A stretch of DNA of 64,000 nucleotides from a virus (Duplodnaviria > Caudoviricetes). The translations under genes were made by a program, and so were the position numbers. The DNA lies in IMG/VR virus record IMGVR_UViG_3300037601_000088, positions 64,001-128,000 of that record; one strand, 5' to 3'. Shown here in pieces: positions 37,548 through 47,699 of this stretch (its first letter is position 1; every line of letters starts with the position of its first letter). The notes below the pieces were generated by a model. That model was not told the origin of the DNA. It ran no database searches and worked only from the letters and a program-made list of their open reading frames with translations.

Positions 37548-38011
37548 TGAATATAATAGATAACATAACAAAAATTTTTCCTCTCCTTGAATTTGATAAA
37601 AAATATGGAAAGGCTCCTTATTTAAAGGTTAATGTTTCGCCTGAAGACAATAATATTGTCGACATTCAATATCTTAGTCAAAATATAGAATGTTATATGG
37701 ATAATGAGGAGCTTATTGAGGAAATATGGTATAATTTAGGAAGACTTCCTATAAAAAATTTTGGAATATTAGATGAAAATTTAGAAAAAGCTGAGTTACA
37801 AAAAAATACTTATATTAATAAATGGGTATTAGAAGTGGCTAAAAATACTCGAAGAGGCGTTGCAGAATTCTTTTATAAAAACCATTATTTATATATAAAT
37901 CAGAATTCAAAGTTTGATTCTCCTTTAATAATTTGTAAATGGAAAGACAAATTTGGTTTATTTATTCATCCTGATTTCCCTAAATATGGATTTAGAGTTT
38001 TAGAAAATTAG
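37547..38011 (+). CDS. Hypothetical protein
   Basis: TAATG overlap; AAGGA SD. Confidence 0.65.
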   Translation: MNIIDNITKIFPLLEFDKKYGKAPYLKVNVSPEDNNIVDIQYLSQNIECYMDNEELIEEIWYNLGRLPIKNFGILDENLEKAELQKNTYINKWVLEVAKNTRRGVAEFFYKNHYLYINQNSKFDSPLIICKWKDKFGLFIHPDFPKYGFRVLEN

Positions 38012-38086
38012 TGTCGGTGGCGGAACGGTTACGCGGTAGTCTGCAAAACTACGTCAATGTGGGTTCGAGTCCCACCCTTCACTCCA
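38011..38086 (+). tRNA. tRNA-Cys(GCA)
   Basis: GTAGT-CT GCA AA-ACTAC; GTGGG-TTCGAGT-CCCAC; U73-CCA; two acceptor-stem mismatches. Confidence 0.85.
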
Positions 38087-38100
38087 TCTTTAATAGTTAA

Positions 38101-38628
38101 ATGATAAGTTCTTTTTCTCCATTATTATTTTTAATTCTTTCACTTGTTTCTTTAAATAATTATTCTACCCCTTTACCAAATATTCACCGGGACGGAACAA
38201 CCGTTTATTTTGAAGGATCATTCACACTCCCTACTACTGTACATTCTTTAATGCACGAAATAGTCTATGAGGGTGAAACAGAAAGACTTGTTATTAATAG
38301 TTCAGGCGGAATAATATCATTAACTCTTTATATATTAGATATTCTTTTAGAAAATGATATAACACTCCATGTTGATAACTATTGCTATAGTTCATGTTTG
38401 CTATTAGCTACAGGGGCAAATCAAACTTATGCTGAACATGATTCTGTTTTTATGATACATTATGCAATAGATAATTATAATGGAATAAATTTGGAAGCAA
38501 CAGACTTTTATCAAAGATTTTTGCATTATAATGGTATGAGTAAAAAATTAACTGCACATCAACCTGACTTCTTTTTTGGTCCGGAATATGCATTACAAAT
38601 GAATATTATTAATAAAATATTAGAATGA
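38101..38628 (+). CDS. ClpP/crotonase-like protease with hydrophobic N-terminus
   Basis: INSSGG, CYSSC, FMIH, AL....IN.I. Confidence 0.65.
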   Translation: MISSFSPLLFLILSLVSLNNYSTPLPNIHRDGTTVYFEGSFTLPTTVHSLMHEIVYEGETERLVINSSGGIISLTLYILDILLENDITLHVDNYCYSSCLLLATGANQTYAEHDSVFMIHYAIDNYNGINLEATDFYQRFLHYNGMSKKLTAHQPDFFFGPEYALQMNIINKILE

Positions 38629-38635
38629 GGAAAAA

Positions 38636-38956
38636 ATGGAAGATAGAGATATAAATGACAAAATTTTAGAAAATTTTATTAGTCTTAAAGTTGAAAATAA
38701 AAAACTTTCCAGCTTAAATTTTGATTATGCAAAACAAGTTCAAAAAATTCAGGAAGATCTTAAAAATTTAAGAAGTGAACTTAGAAATATGTCATATACT
38801 ATGGAAGAAATCAGAAAATTCTTTATACAAGAATTTCAAGATGAAGAAGCTATAGCATTATCTGGAGAATTATTTAAAGATACAAAAGAAATACAAATTT
38901 TTAACTTATTGGTTGAAATTGAATGTTATCTTCAAACTGAAGGCTTTAAACAATGA
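38636..38956 (+). CDS. Coiled-coil hypothetical protein
   Basis: GAGG SD. Confidence 0.6.
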   Translation: MEDRDINDKILENFISLKVENKKLSSLNFDYAKQVQKIQEDLKNLRSELRNMSYTMEEIRKFFIQEFQDEEAIALSGELFKDTKEIQIFNLLVEIECYLQTEGFKQ

Positions 38957-39354
38957 GAGTTTTAGTATGTGGTGGAAGAGATTATACTAATTATAATCAA
39001 CTGTGTTATACCCTAAATGAAATACATAAAATTGATGGTATTAGTGTAATTATTCATGGTAATTCTCGAGGGGCCGATATCATGGCAAAAGAATGGGCGA
39101 TTGCTAAAGGTATTAGACATATTCCTTTCCCTGCTGACTGGGGTGATATGACAGAACCATGTTATGTTAAAAAAATACAGGGCAAACAATATAATGCTTT
39201 AGCCGGGTCTAAAAGAAATCAAAAAATGATTGACGAAGGTAAACCTGATATGGCAGTTGCTTTCCCGGGCGGAAACGGAACAAAAGACATGATTAATAAA
39301 TTAATGAAAGCAAACATAGATGTTAAATTGGTAGGTCAATATCAAAATGCATAA
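38953..39354 (+). CDS. SLOG/YspA (DUF2493) protein
   Basis: MRVLVCGGRDY, IHG..RGAD..A..WA, FPADW, AG..RNQ.M, AFPGG.GT.DM. Confidence 0.88.
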   Translation: MRVLVCGGRDYTNYNQLCYTLNEIHKIDGISVIIHGNSRGADIMAKEWAIAKGIRHIPFPADWGDMTEPCYVKKIQGKQYNALAGSKRNQKMIDEGKPDMAVAFPGGNGTKDMINKLMKANIDVKLVGQYQNA

Positions 39355-39652
39355 TGGATTAACAAAAGCACAGGAAGAAAGATTAACCCTTCTTATTGAG
39401 GAAGCAAGCGAAATAATTTATATTGCGTGTAAAATTAAAAGATTTGGTTTTGAGTCTAAAGATCCTACACGGCCGGATTCTCCTTCAAACAGAGAATACC
39501 TTTTTGAAGAATTAAAGGATTTAACTGCTGTTTTATTTGCTATGCAAACAGATGAACTTAATCAGTTTAAAATGACTAATGATGCCATTTTTAAATCATG
39601 GGAAAGAAAAAGAAAATATTTAAAATACCAAAAAGAATTAAGTAATGACTAA
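39347..39652 (+). CDS. MazG-like protein
   Basis: L.EEASEII...CKI.RFG...NRE.L.EEL.DL. Confidence 0.6.
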   Translation: MHNGLTKAQEERLTLLIEEASEIIYIACKIKRFGFESKDPTRPDSPSNREYLFEELKDLTAVLFAMQTDELNQFKMTNDAIFKSWERKRKYLKYQKELSND

Positions 39653-39974
39653 AAATCTATATAGAAGTTGAGGTAAAAGAAAATGGTAAACAGATCGATG
39701 AAAATAATTAAAACTTTATATATTTTAATTAAATGTTTTTTTCTTTGTATATGCATGATTTTATTATCAATTATTAGTACTATATTATTTTTCTTTCTTA
39801 TTTTAAAAGAAGAAGGTGAATATTTAATTGATTATAGCATTATAGATATAAAAGAAATATGGAAAAAGAAAAATAATTGAGACTTTTTTAGAAATATTTG
39901 TTTTATGTATATTTAGTATTACTTTATGAGAAAAAAATGGAGATGGCTTTGAATTAACTCATAAATACCATTGA

Positions 39975-40376
39975 ATGTGGTATTTTGAAAATAAGCCTTT
40001 TACAGAAGATTTAATTCCAGACGGAATTATAGGTTTTATCTATGAAATAACAAATCTTCAAAATGGAAGAAAATATATAGGTAAAAAACAATTCTTTAGA
40101 ACCATTAAAAGACCTCCTTTAAAAAATAAGAAGAGAAGAAGAATTTGCCAAGTAAAATCTGACTGGGAAGACTATTATGGTTCAAGCCCGTCTTTACAGG
40201 AAGATATAGAAAAACTAGGTAAAGACTCTTTTAAAAGAGAAATACTTAGATTTTGTAGAAATAAAACGGAATTATCTTATTACGAGGCAGAAATGCAATT
40301 TAAAAAGGGTGTACTTTTATCTGAAGACTATTATAATAATTGGATAGCGGTAAAAATTACTCAAACCGGCTTATAA
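39975..40376 (+). CDS. GIY-YIG endonuclease
   Basis: GFIYEITNL.NGRKYIGKK, SDW..YYGSS, YYN. Confidence 0.88.
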   Translation: MWYFENKPFTEDLIPDGIIGFIYEITNLQNGRKYIGKKQFFRTIKRPPLKNKKRRRICQVKSDWEDYYGSSPSLQEDIEKLGKDSFKREILRFCRNKTELSYYEAEMQFKKGVLLSEDYYNNWIAVKITQTGL

Positions 40377-40536
40377 ATGGAAGTAATAAAATCAAAGTGC
40401 CCTAAATGTAAGGTTGAACATTCATTAATAGAAATGAAGAAAATATTGATCTCCAAAAAAGAAAACAAACATAGATCATATATTGAATGTATAAAATGTA
40501 GGGCAAAATTCAGTCAAGTAAAAAAAGAAAGTTTAA

Positions 40537-40809
40537 ATGAAAATTAAAATTTTTGGAAAAGAAAACTGCCCTTATTGCGATTTTGCTAAACAATTACTAG
40601 ATCGTGTGGGTGAAGAATACGAATATGAGAATGCTTCTTCACCTGAAACAGTTTCTATGATTAAAGAAACATATGGTGATTCAATATCTACCGTTCCTGT
40701 CGTAATTGTTGATGGGATTTATATTGGTGGTTATGATCAATTAAAAGAGCACATTAATAAAAATTATGCTATGGTAAACGGAGAATATAGAAAGGTTCTT
40801 TATGAATAA
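40537..40809 (+). CDS. nrdC: Glutaredoxin
   Basis: CPYC, TVP, IGGY. Confidence 0.9.
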   Translation: MKIKIFGKENCPYCDFAKQLLDRVGEEYEYENASSPETVSMIKETYGDSISTVPVVIVDGIYIGGYDQLKEHINKNYAMVNGEYRKVLYE

Positions 40810-41077
40810 GACACAGTTTTTAAAAGAATTAAAGAAACCAAATCCATTGGAAATAACATTTGAGAAATCTGATGGTACAGAACGCGTTATGTTATGCAGC
40901 CTGTTTCCTGACTATCTACCAAAGACAGAAAAAAATTCAACAAAAACAACAAAAAAGAAGCCAAGTAGTGATATTATTGTTGTTTTTGATTTAGAGAAAT
41001 CTTCATGGAGAAGTTTTAAGGTAAAATCAGTCACAAATACTGAGGTTATTCTAACAGCAGTATCAATTTCAGAATAG
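40802..41077 (+). CDS. WYL-like/DUF2693 small protein
   Basis: ITF.K.DGTER.M.C.L, VFD.EK..WRSF. Confidence 0.75.
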   Translation: MNKTQFLKELKKPNPLEITFEKSDGTERVMLCSLFPDYLPKTEKNSTKTTKKKPSSDIIVVFDLEKSSWRSFKVKSVTNTEVILTAVSISE

Positions 41078-41086
41078 AGAATTTAT

Positions 41087-42031
41087 ATGAGTATAATATT
41101 AGACGGTGAATGGATTCGTGATGACTTAACAAAAAATGCAAATGGCGGCACTGAATCTATCATTAAAGGAATGTTAAAATACATTCCCAATAAAAAATTA
41201 AAGGGTTGGCAGATAATTCATTCACGTCTTCCTGATTTTTTAAGTGATGACCACAAAACAATGGTTGTTTTCCATGATATGCCAGCTGACCCAATGTATG
41301 ATAAGCTTTTAGAGCCTTCATATGTTGCAAAAATTGACAAATTTGTCTTTGTTTCATATTGGCAAATGGAAAGATTCATTCTTCAATATGGTATTTCATA
41401 TGATAAGTCTACGGTTATTCAAAATTTTATTGATTCTTTTGAATTAAGAAAGGCTGAACGTGATATTAATCACGTTAATCTAATTTACCACACTACTCCT
41501 CATAGAGGGTTAGACTTATTAATGGCTTCCTTTGAATCCATTTATGAAATTGACAAAGATATTAGTCTTGACATTTATTCTTCATTTGAAATTTATGGTT
41601 GGAAAGATAGGGATAAACCCTATGAAAAACTTTTTGAAAAAGCAAAAAATCATGAAGGTATACGATATCATGGATATCAACCCAATGAGGTTGTTCGCAA
41701 AGCGCTAAAAAAATCTCATATTTTTGCGTACCCATGTACATGGTCTGAAACAAGCTGTATATCGGCAATCGAAGCACTTTGTTCTGGTAATGTGGTCATC
41801 TGTCCTAGGTATGGGGCACTTCCTGAAACATGTGGTATGTTTGGTATCTATTATGATTTTTCCCCTTCAAACGTGGACCACGCCAACACATTTGTTAATG
41901 TGTTGTACAAGTCTATTCTTGCTATGAGAAATCAAGGCTTAAACACAGAATTCCAGCAAATGCTTTATAACAAATTTTATGATTGGAAAACTAATGCTCA
42001 CTTGTGGAAAAACATCCTCGAAGATAAATAA
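41087..42031 (+). CDS. GT-B (GT4-like) glycosyltransferase
   Basis: GGTE, FVS.WQ, YHTTPHRGL, YP..WSETSCISAIEA, GALPET. Confidence 0.85.
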   Translation: MSIILDGEWIRDDLTKNANGGTESIIKGMLKYIPNKKLKGWQIIHSRLPDFLSDDHKTMVVFHDMPADPMYDKLLEPSYVAKIDKFVFVSYWQMERFILQYGISYDKSTVIQNFIDSFELRKAERDINHVNLIYHTTPHRGLDLLMASFESIYEIDKDISLDIYSSFEIYGWKDRDKPYEKLFEKAKNHEGIRYHGYQPNEVVRKALKKSHIFAYPCTWSETSCISAIEALCSGNVVICPRYGALPETCGMFGIYYDFSPSNVDHANTFVNVLYKSILAMRNQGLNTEFQQMLYNKFYDWKTNAHLWKNILEDK

Positions 42032-42035
42032 TAGT

Positions 42036-42386
42036 ATGGGGACACTCCTTAAATTTCCGGATCAAAAAACTGGAAATCAATTACCTAAAAATATTATTGA
42101 ACTTCGAAAGAAAATTTTTGAAGAGCGAAAGGAGATAATCGAAGAAGCAGCTGATCATATTCATGAAATGACAGTAAAATCCATGTATTCTATGGGGCTT
42201 TATCCGGCTGAACCAGATGAAGGATATGATAAAAGTTTGATGCTTTTATATGAGGCAACCCGTTCAATAATTTGTAAATCTTTTCAGATATCACACCCTC
42301 TTCAAGAAATGGCAGATGACATATTTACTCCTGATGAAGATCAGGATATAGATGAAGAAATGCTTGAAGACGGAGAAGAACAATAA
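42036..42386 (+). CDS. Hypothetical protein
   Basis: MGTLLKFP start; HPLQ..AD motif; upstream of rnh. Confidence 0.7.
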   Translation: MGTLLKFPDQKTGNQLPKNIIELRKKIFEERKEIIEEAADHIHEMTVKSMYSMGLYPAEPDEGYDKSLMLLYEATRSIICKSFQISHPLQEMADDIFTPDEDQDIDEEMLEDGEEQ

Positions 42387-43237
42387 TACTCGTAGATTAT
42401 AGCCAAGTAGCAATTTCTTCTTATTTTGGTGCAGTCGGTAATCATACAAATTCACCTATAGAAGAAAATGCATTAAGGGCTGCTATACTCAATAGTATAC
42501 GCTTTATTAATGCCAAATTTAAAAATTCTTATGGTGAAATGATATTATGTTGTGATGATTATCACACGTGGCGTAAAGAAATTTTTCCATATTATAAAGT
42601 TTCCAGGAAGCATCAACGTCAATTAGACGACGTTGATTGGCCTGTTCTTCTTAAAATTATTTCACAAGTAAAAGAAGAATTAAAAGAAAACTTTCATAGG
42701 AAAGTTATTCAAGTAAAAAATGCTGAAGCAGACGATATAATTGCTACTATAATTAAATTAAATCCAGACACAAAAATAATCATAGCTTCATCTGATAAAG
42801 ACTTTAATCAACTTATTTCAGGTAATGTAGCAAGATTCGATAATAAATCTAAAAAATTAGTTGAAGATGTTGATGCTAAATCATATCTGAAAGAACATAT
42901 TTTTAGAGGTGATTCTGGTGACAGTATTCCTAATATTTTAACAAAGGATGATTACTTTTTAGTTAGAGAAAAGGGTCATCGCCAAAAAACAATAACAAAA
43001 AAAATGTTGGAAAAATGGGAAACTGATGGATATGAAGAATCTTTCGATGAGACCACAATGGATCGATTTAAAAGAAATAAAAAACTTATTGATTTATCTG
43101 AAATACCACCACACATTGAAAGTGCTATAGCAATAGAATTTCAAAATTCTAAGCCTAAACCTTTCTTTACTTTTAGTAATTATTTAATTAAAAACAAACT
43201 TAAAACTATGTATGAAAAAAAGCAGGACTTTCTATGA
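42383..43237 (+). CDS. rnh: T4-type RNase H (5'-3' exonuclease), probable ATA start
   Basis: Open frame upstream of the listed ATG gives (M)ILVDYSQ; WRK..FPYYK, EADDII, SSDKDF.QL, GD.GD.IPN. Confidence 0.9.
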   Translation: MILVDYSQVAISSYFGAVGNHTNSPIEENALRAAILNSIRFINAKFKNSYGEMILCCDDYHTWRKEIFPYYKVSRKHQRQLDDVDWPVLLKIISQVKEELKENFHRKVIQVKNAEADDIIATIIKLNPDTKIIIASSDKDFNQLISGNVARFDNKSKKLVEDVDAKSYLKEHIFRGDSGDSIPNILTKDDYFLVREKGHRQKTITKKMLEKWETDGYEESFDETTMDRFKRNKKLIDLSEIPPHIESAIAIEFQNSKPKPFFTFSNYLIKNKLKTMYEKKQDFL

Positions 43238-43680
43238 TTAGAACGGAAAAAAGAAATATTGGATCCATTTTAGCCGATGTTAGCAAAATTAGAAAAAAAG
43301 ATGAAAGAAAACAAGCACTAAGACAGGTTTGTACTGATAAGGCTGTAGCAATAGCCATTCAATATGCTTATCATCCAGACGTCATCTGGGAATTGCCTGA
43401 AGGTGATATTCCTGATACGCTTAAGAAGAAGGTTGAACAAGGCGATTGGAGAATGTTAAGACAAATACTTCTTCAGAATAAACTGAAGTATTGCCAAAAA
43501 AGTTCTGTTGTTTCAAAAGCTAAAAAAGAATACATTTTCCTAGATTATTATTTCTCATGTGACGAAATTGATAGACCTATTCTTCTAGGAATTAAAGACA
43601 AAAAATTACCAGTGCCTTACTTAACGGAAAAGTTTTGCATGGAATCCCTTCCAGAGCTTTTTCCAGCGAAGGATGAATAA
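43234..43680 (+). CDS. Hypothetical protein
   Basis: W.LPEGD.P...KDKKLP; lies between rnh and phoH. Confidence 0.75.
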   Translation: MIRTEKRNIGSILADVSKIRKKDERKQALRQVCTDKAVAIAIQYAYHPDVIWELPEGDIPDTLKKKVEQGDWRMLRQILLQNKLKYCQKSSVVSKAKKEYIFLDYYFSCDEIDRPILLGIKDKKLPVPYLTEKFCMESLPELFPAKDE

Positions 43681-43910
43681 TGCCAATTTATACTTTTAGA
43701 AACAATCATACAGGAGAGCTATTTGACGAAACAATGAAAATTTCAGAAATGGAGGAATTTATTAATAAAAACCCCCATTTAAGCATAGTTCCTGCTATTC
43801 CTAAATTTGTGGCTGGCAGAGGAACTATCAAACCAGATGATGGATTTACTGATATTTTAAAAACAATAAAAAAACAAAATCCAGGTTCTACAATAAGGAC
43901 CAAAAATTAA
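43680..43910 (+). CDS. Small protein (MPIYTF, FmdB-like N-terminus)
   Basis: MPIYTF.N..TGE.F, DDGF.DIL..IK..NPGS. Confidence 0.7.
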   Translation: MPIYTFRNNHTGELFDETMKISEMEEFINKNPHLSIVPAIPKFVAGRGTIKPDDGFTDILKTIKKQNPGSTIRTKN

Positions 43911-43921
43911 GAAAGAAAAAA

Positions 43922-44662
43922 ATGTCATCACAGGTTTTAATGAAAAAAAATCAAAGAAAACAAAAACCTACTAAATCAAATGGCAAATTACAACTTACTA
44001 GAGTTGAACCCAAAACAGCTAATCAACAAAAAATGATTAATAGTTTTGAAGATAATGATGTGGTTGTTGCACATGGTTATCCAGGAACAGGTAAATCATT
44101 TATGGCTCTTTATCTTGCTTTATCTGAGTTGGAAATAAACCCTGAATTTTATGAAAGGGTTCATATTATAAGGAGTTCTGTTTCTACTCGTGAACTTGGC
44201 TTTTTACCCGGTAAAGCAGATGAAAAAATGAAGGAATTCGAAGTTCCTTACGAAAAAATATGTGAAGATCTTTATAATCGTGGAGATGCATATGGCATTT
44301 TAAAACAAAAAGGTGTTATAACGTTTTCATCTTCATCTTTTCTTAGATCGGTTACATTTACAAAATCTATAATCATAGTTGATGAATTCCAAAATATGAG
44401 TTATCAAGAATTATGTACCATTATAACTCGTATAGGTGAAGATTGTAAGATGATTTTCATTGGTGACATTGAACAAGATGACCTAACTTCAGAAAGATTT
44501 AATGAAAAATCTGGTGCTTTGACCTTTATAAATTTGATGAAAAAAATCTCAAATACTGGTTTTGTATCGATGGAAATCGAAGATATTGTTAGATCCCAAT
44601 ATGTTAAGAACTTTATAATTGAAAAAGTTAAATATGAAAAAAATATAAATTATATGCAATAA
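43922..44662 (+). CDS. phoH: PhoH-like ATPase
   Basis: PKT.NQ, GTGKSF, GFLPG, IVDE.QN, ITR.G, GD..Q.D, DIVRS. Confidence 0.93.
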   Translation: MSSQVLMKKNQRKQKPTKSNGKLQLTRVEPKTANQQKMINSFEDNDVVVAHGYPGTGKSFMALYLALSELEINPEFYERVHIIRSSVSTRELGFLPGKADEKMKEFEVPYEKICEDLYNRGDAYGILKQKGVITFSSSSFLRSVTFTKSIIIVDEFQNMSYQELCTIITRIGEDCKMIFIGDIEQDDLTSERFNEKSGALTFINLMKKISNTGFVSMEIEDIVRSQYVKNFIIEKVKYEKNINYMQ

Positions 44663-44667
44663 AGGTG

Positions 44668-44773
44668 TTTACAAAGCTGTTTCTATTTCGTATAAAGAGA
44701 TCATCGAACATGCAGACATAAAAAACTCTCAGAGAAAAAAAATGTTTACATGCAGCGAAAAATGTGTTAAACT
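44668..44773 (+). promoter_or_regulatory. Tandem early promoters
   Basis: GTTTACA-N17-TATAAA (44668-96) and GTTTACA-N17-TAAACT (44745-73). Confidence 0.7.
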
Positions 44774-44801
44774 GAAACAGATTAAATTATGGAGATAAAT
44801 T

Positions 44802-45029
44802 ATGCGTACTAAAATCACGAATAAAAATGAACTTGCCGTTCGTTTGGCTAAAGTCAATGAATTGACCCCTTACTTCCGCGGTCGTATGATCGAAGAAGGT
44901 TATGTCAATGAAACTCCGGCTAAAGTTAAAGGAATGGGCCGTGGTGCACCTCGTAAAGTGTACAAACTGACCAAAAAAGGTCAGGCTATGGTGAACTTTA
45001 ATATGCCTAAAGATGAAGCTGCTGCTTAA
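44802..45029 (+). CDS. Small early winged-helix-like protein
   Basis: GGAG SD; EEGYV...GRGAPRKVYKLTKKG wing motif. Confidence 0.7.
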   Translation: MRTKITNKNELAVRLAKVNELTPYFRGRMIEEGYVNETPAKVKGMGRGAPRKVYKLTKKGQAMVNFNMPKDEAAA

Positions 45030-45053
45030 ATTTACTTTAGGCTTTACATTATG

Positions 45054-45089
45054 AAATAGCCCGGTTAAATTTGATCGGGCTATTTTTTT
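45054..45089 (+). terminator. Rho-independent terminator
   Basis: AAATAGCCCG...CGGGCTATTT followed by a T-run. Confidence 0.8.
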
Positions 45090-45107
45090 ACTTAAAAAGG
45101 AATAATT

Positions 45108-47699
45108 TTGGATTTTTATACACACTTTCATTCAGATAAAAAAAACATATACATATCCGGATATAAAAATAACAAAAAAATATACCAAAAATTTAAATTG
45201 AAGCCATACCTCTTTATTCATGATAAAGAATCTGAAGATTATAAAGATTTATCTGGCTTACCCGTTTCAAAAAAAGAATTTAATACAAGATCCCAGGCTA
45301 TGGCCTATATTGAAAAATATAGAGGCGTAGAAAATTTTGATATATTTGGAAGCACCTTTTTTGATTATGTGTGGATTAATGATAATTTTAAAGAAATAAA
45401 ATCAGATAATACTGTTTTAAGATATGGAATTTATGATATTGAAACAGATTCTGAAGGCGGCTTTGCTGATTTAGAAAAAGCAAATAAAGAAATAACCGCA
45501 ATATCAATGTCAGTAATGGGAGAAGATGAAGTCTATTGCTTAGGCTATAAAGATTATGATCCCAAAAAATCTGATATTCTTGAAAAAGAATGCCCAGGTA
45601 AAAAATTTGTTTATATTAAGTGTAAAAATGAAAACCAGCTCCTTAAAAGATTTGTTGAGCTCTGGAATTATTTAAATATTGATATAATTACAGGATATAA
45701 TATTAATCTTTATGACCATCCATATGTAATTAGAAGAATTATTCAAATTCTAGGAGAAGAATGGGCATTAAAACTTTCTCCCTATGGTCAAATCAAAAGC
45801 TCTAATTTTGTTTATTATGGTAAAAACCAAACCAAATATGAAATAGTAGGAATACCCACACTTGACTATTTTGATCTCTATCAGAAATTTTCATATAAAG
45901 ATACCGAAAGTTATAAACTAGATTATATATGTAAGCTTGAATTGGATAAGGGCAAACTCGATTATTCAGAATATAAAACACTTGCCAATCTCTATAAGGA
46001 AAATCCTGCTAAATTTTATGATTATTCTATTATTGATACCGTTAGAATTGAAGACCTAGAAAATAAGCTCAAATTTATTGACCAGGTTTTTTCTCTTACA
46101 CACTTTACTAAATGTAATCTACTAGATTGTTTTGGTACAGTGAGAATGTGTGATGTTCTCACTCATAACTTTATGATGGAAGAGCATATAGTTATTCCTA
46201 TTAAAAAAGATAAGATAGGAATAGGTAGACAAATAGCGGGCGGTTATGTTAAGCCAGTGAAGAAAACCATGGCTAAATATATGATTAGCTTTGATTTTAC
46301 ATCACTATATCCACATATTATTAAAGCTTTTAATATTTCACCTGAAAAATATGTTGGAAAAATTGACAAATATGATTCTCTTCAAATTCATCCCGACATA
46401 ATCAATGGATCTTTATCTGAAATACGGAATGAATTAGTAGATAACGATTTATGTATAACGGGTAAGGGAACTGTTTTTTCAAGAGATGGCCAGGGTTTTT
46501 TCCCAAAAATCATGACATTTCTCTTCAATAAAAGAAATGAGTATAAGAGTGAAATGTCCTCCTTCAAGAAAAGAAAGGAATTAATCACTCAAGAATTATC
46601 TAAAAGAGGTTCAACCAAACTTAAAGATTTTTCGGATGAAAAACTCAACCAAATCAAAAAGCAAGTTGAATATAAAGTCACGGAATTTCATAATAAGCAG
46701 ATAGCAATTAAGTATGTTCTTAATTCGTTCTATGGTCAATTAGCAAATGAGCATTCTCGCTGGTTCGATGAAAATATTGCTGAATCAATTACAATGTCTG
46801 GTCAATTATCGATCAATTGGGTAAAGACCTATATTGATAGAATGTTGAACGAGTATTGTGGTACGAAAGATGAAATATATGTCATCGGTGTTGATACTGA
46901 TAGTTGTTATGTAAGTCTTGAAAATGTTTTAAAAATCAACAATATAAATGAAGAAGATTCATTGGATTTTCTCATAGAATTCGTGGATTATATACAGGAA
47001 AAAATAATCAACCACGCACTCGAGGAATTATATAAGGACACAAATATTTTTGAAAAATGCCTTTATATGAAACCCGAAATTATTGGCAGGGGTTTATGGA
47101 GAAAAGCCAAAAATTATATAATGGGTGTTTGGTGGGAAGAAGGCATTCGTCTCAATGAAGAAAAAATAGCAATGAAGGGAATTGAGGCAGTTAAATCTTC
47201 TACTCCTGAAATTTGTAGAAACAAAATAAAAGATGCTGCTCCTATTCTTCTTGATAATGATTCTGAAAAGCTTTTGGATTTCGTTGAAGAATTCAGAAGT
47301 TCATTCAATGAATCAAACCTAGAACTTATTGGTAAACCAACCAAAATTACAGATATAGATAAATGGTATTCTGGTGACGGTTTAATAAAAAAAGGAACTC
47401 CTTTTCATTGTAGGGGTTCACTTATCTATAATAGTATGATATCTAAATTAAAGTTAGACGCGACATACCAAAAAATAAATAATGGGGATAAGATTAAGAG
47501 TTGGTACTTGAAAGAACCTAACCCCGTAGGAAGTTATGTGATTTGCGCTCCAGACGAATTACCAGAAGAATTCGAACTGGAAGATTATATTGATAAAAAC
47601 TTACAATTTAATAAGACTTTTTTAGAACCCATTGAAAGCCTGGCTGCAGCGGCAGGTATATTAATGGACGACACTACAGATATGGATCAATTTCTATGA
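45108..47699 (+). CDS. 43: Family B DNA polymerase gp43
   Basis: DIET, GYN..YD, DFTSLYPHII, K..LNS.YG, DTDS, KGIEAVKSSTP; TTG start. Confidence 0.97.
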   Translation: MDFYTHFHSDKKNIYISGYKNNKKIYQKFKLKPYLFIHDKESEDYKDLSGLPVSKKEFNTRSQAMAYIEKYRGVENFDIFGSTFFDYVWINDNFKEIKSDNTVLRYGIYDIETDSEGGFADLEKANKEITAISMSVMGEDEVYCLGYKDYDPKKSDILEKECPGKKFVYIKCKNENQLLKRFVELWNYLNIDIITGYNINLYDHPYVIRRIIQILGEEWALKLSPYGQIKSSNFVYYGKNQTKYEIVGIPTLDYFDLYQKFSYKDTESYKLDYICKLELDKGKLDYSEYKTLANLYKENPAKFYDYSIIDTVRIEDLENKLKFIDQVFSLTHFTKCNLLDCFGTVRMCDVLTHNFMMEEHIVIPIKKDKIGIGRQIAGGYVKPVKKTMAKYMISFDFTSLYPHIIKAFNISPEKYVGKIDKYDSLQIHPDIINGSLSEIRNELVDNDLCITGKGTVFSRDGQGFFPKIMTFLFNKRNEYKSEMSSFKKRKELITQELSKRGSTKLKDFSDEKLNQIKKQVEYKVTEFHNKQIAIKYVLNSFYGQLANEHSRWFDENIAESITMSGQLSINWVKTYIDRMLNEYCGTKDEIYVIGVDTDSCYVSLENVLKINNINEEDSLDFLIEFVDYIQEKIINHALEELYKDTNIFEKCLYMKPEIIGRGLWRKAKNYIMGVWWEEGIRLNEEKIAMKGIEAVKSSTPEICRNKIKDAAPILLDNDSEKLLDFVEEFRSSFNESNLELIGKPTKITDIDKWYSGDGLIKKGTPFHCRGSLIYNSMISKLKLDATYQKINNGDKIKSWYLKEPNPVGSYVICAPDELPEEFELEDYIDKNLQFNKTFLEPIESLAAAAGILMDDTTDMDQFL

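Noticed and set aside
37838-37872. VAKNTRRGVAEF resembling a gp23 capsid motif
   Set aside because: Too short to support homology.
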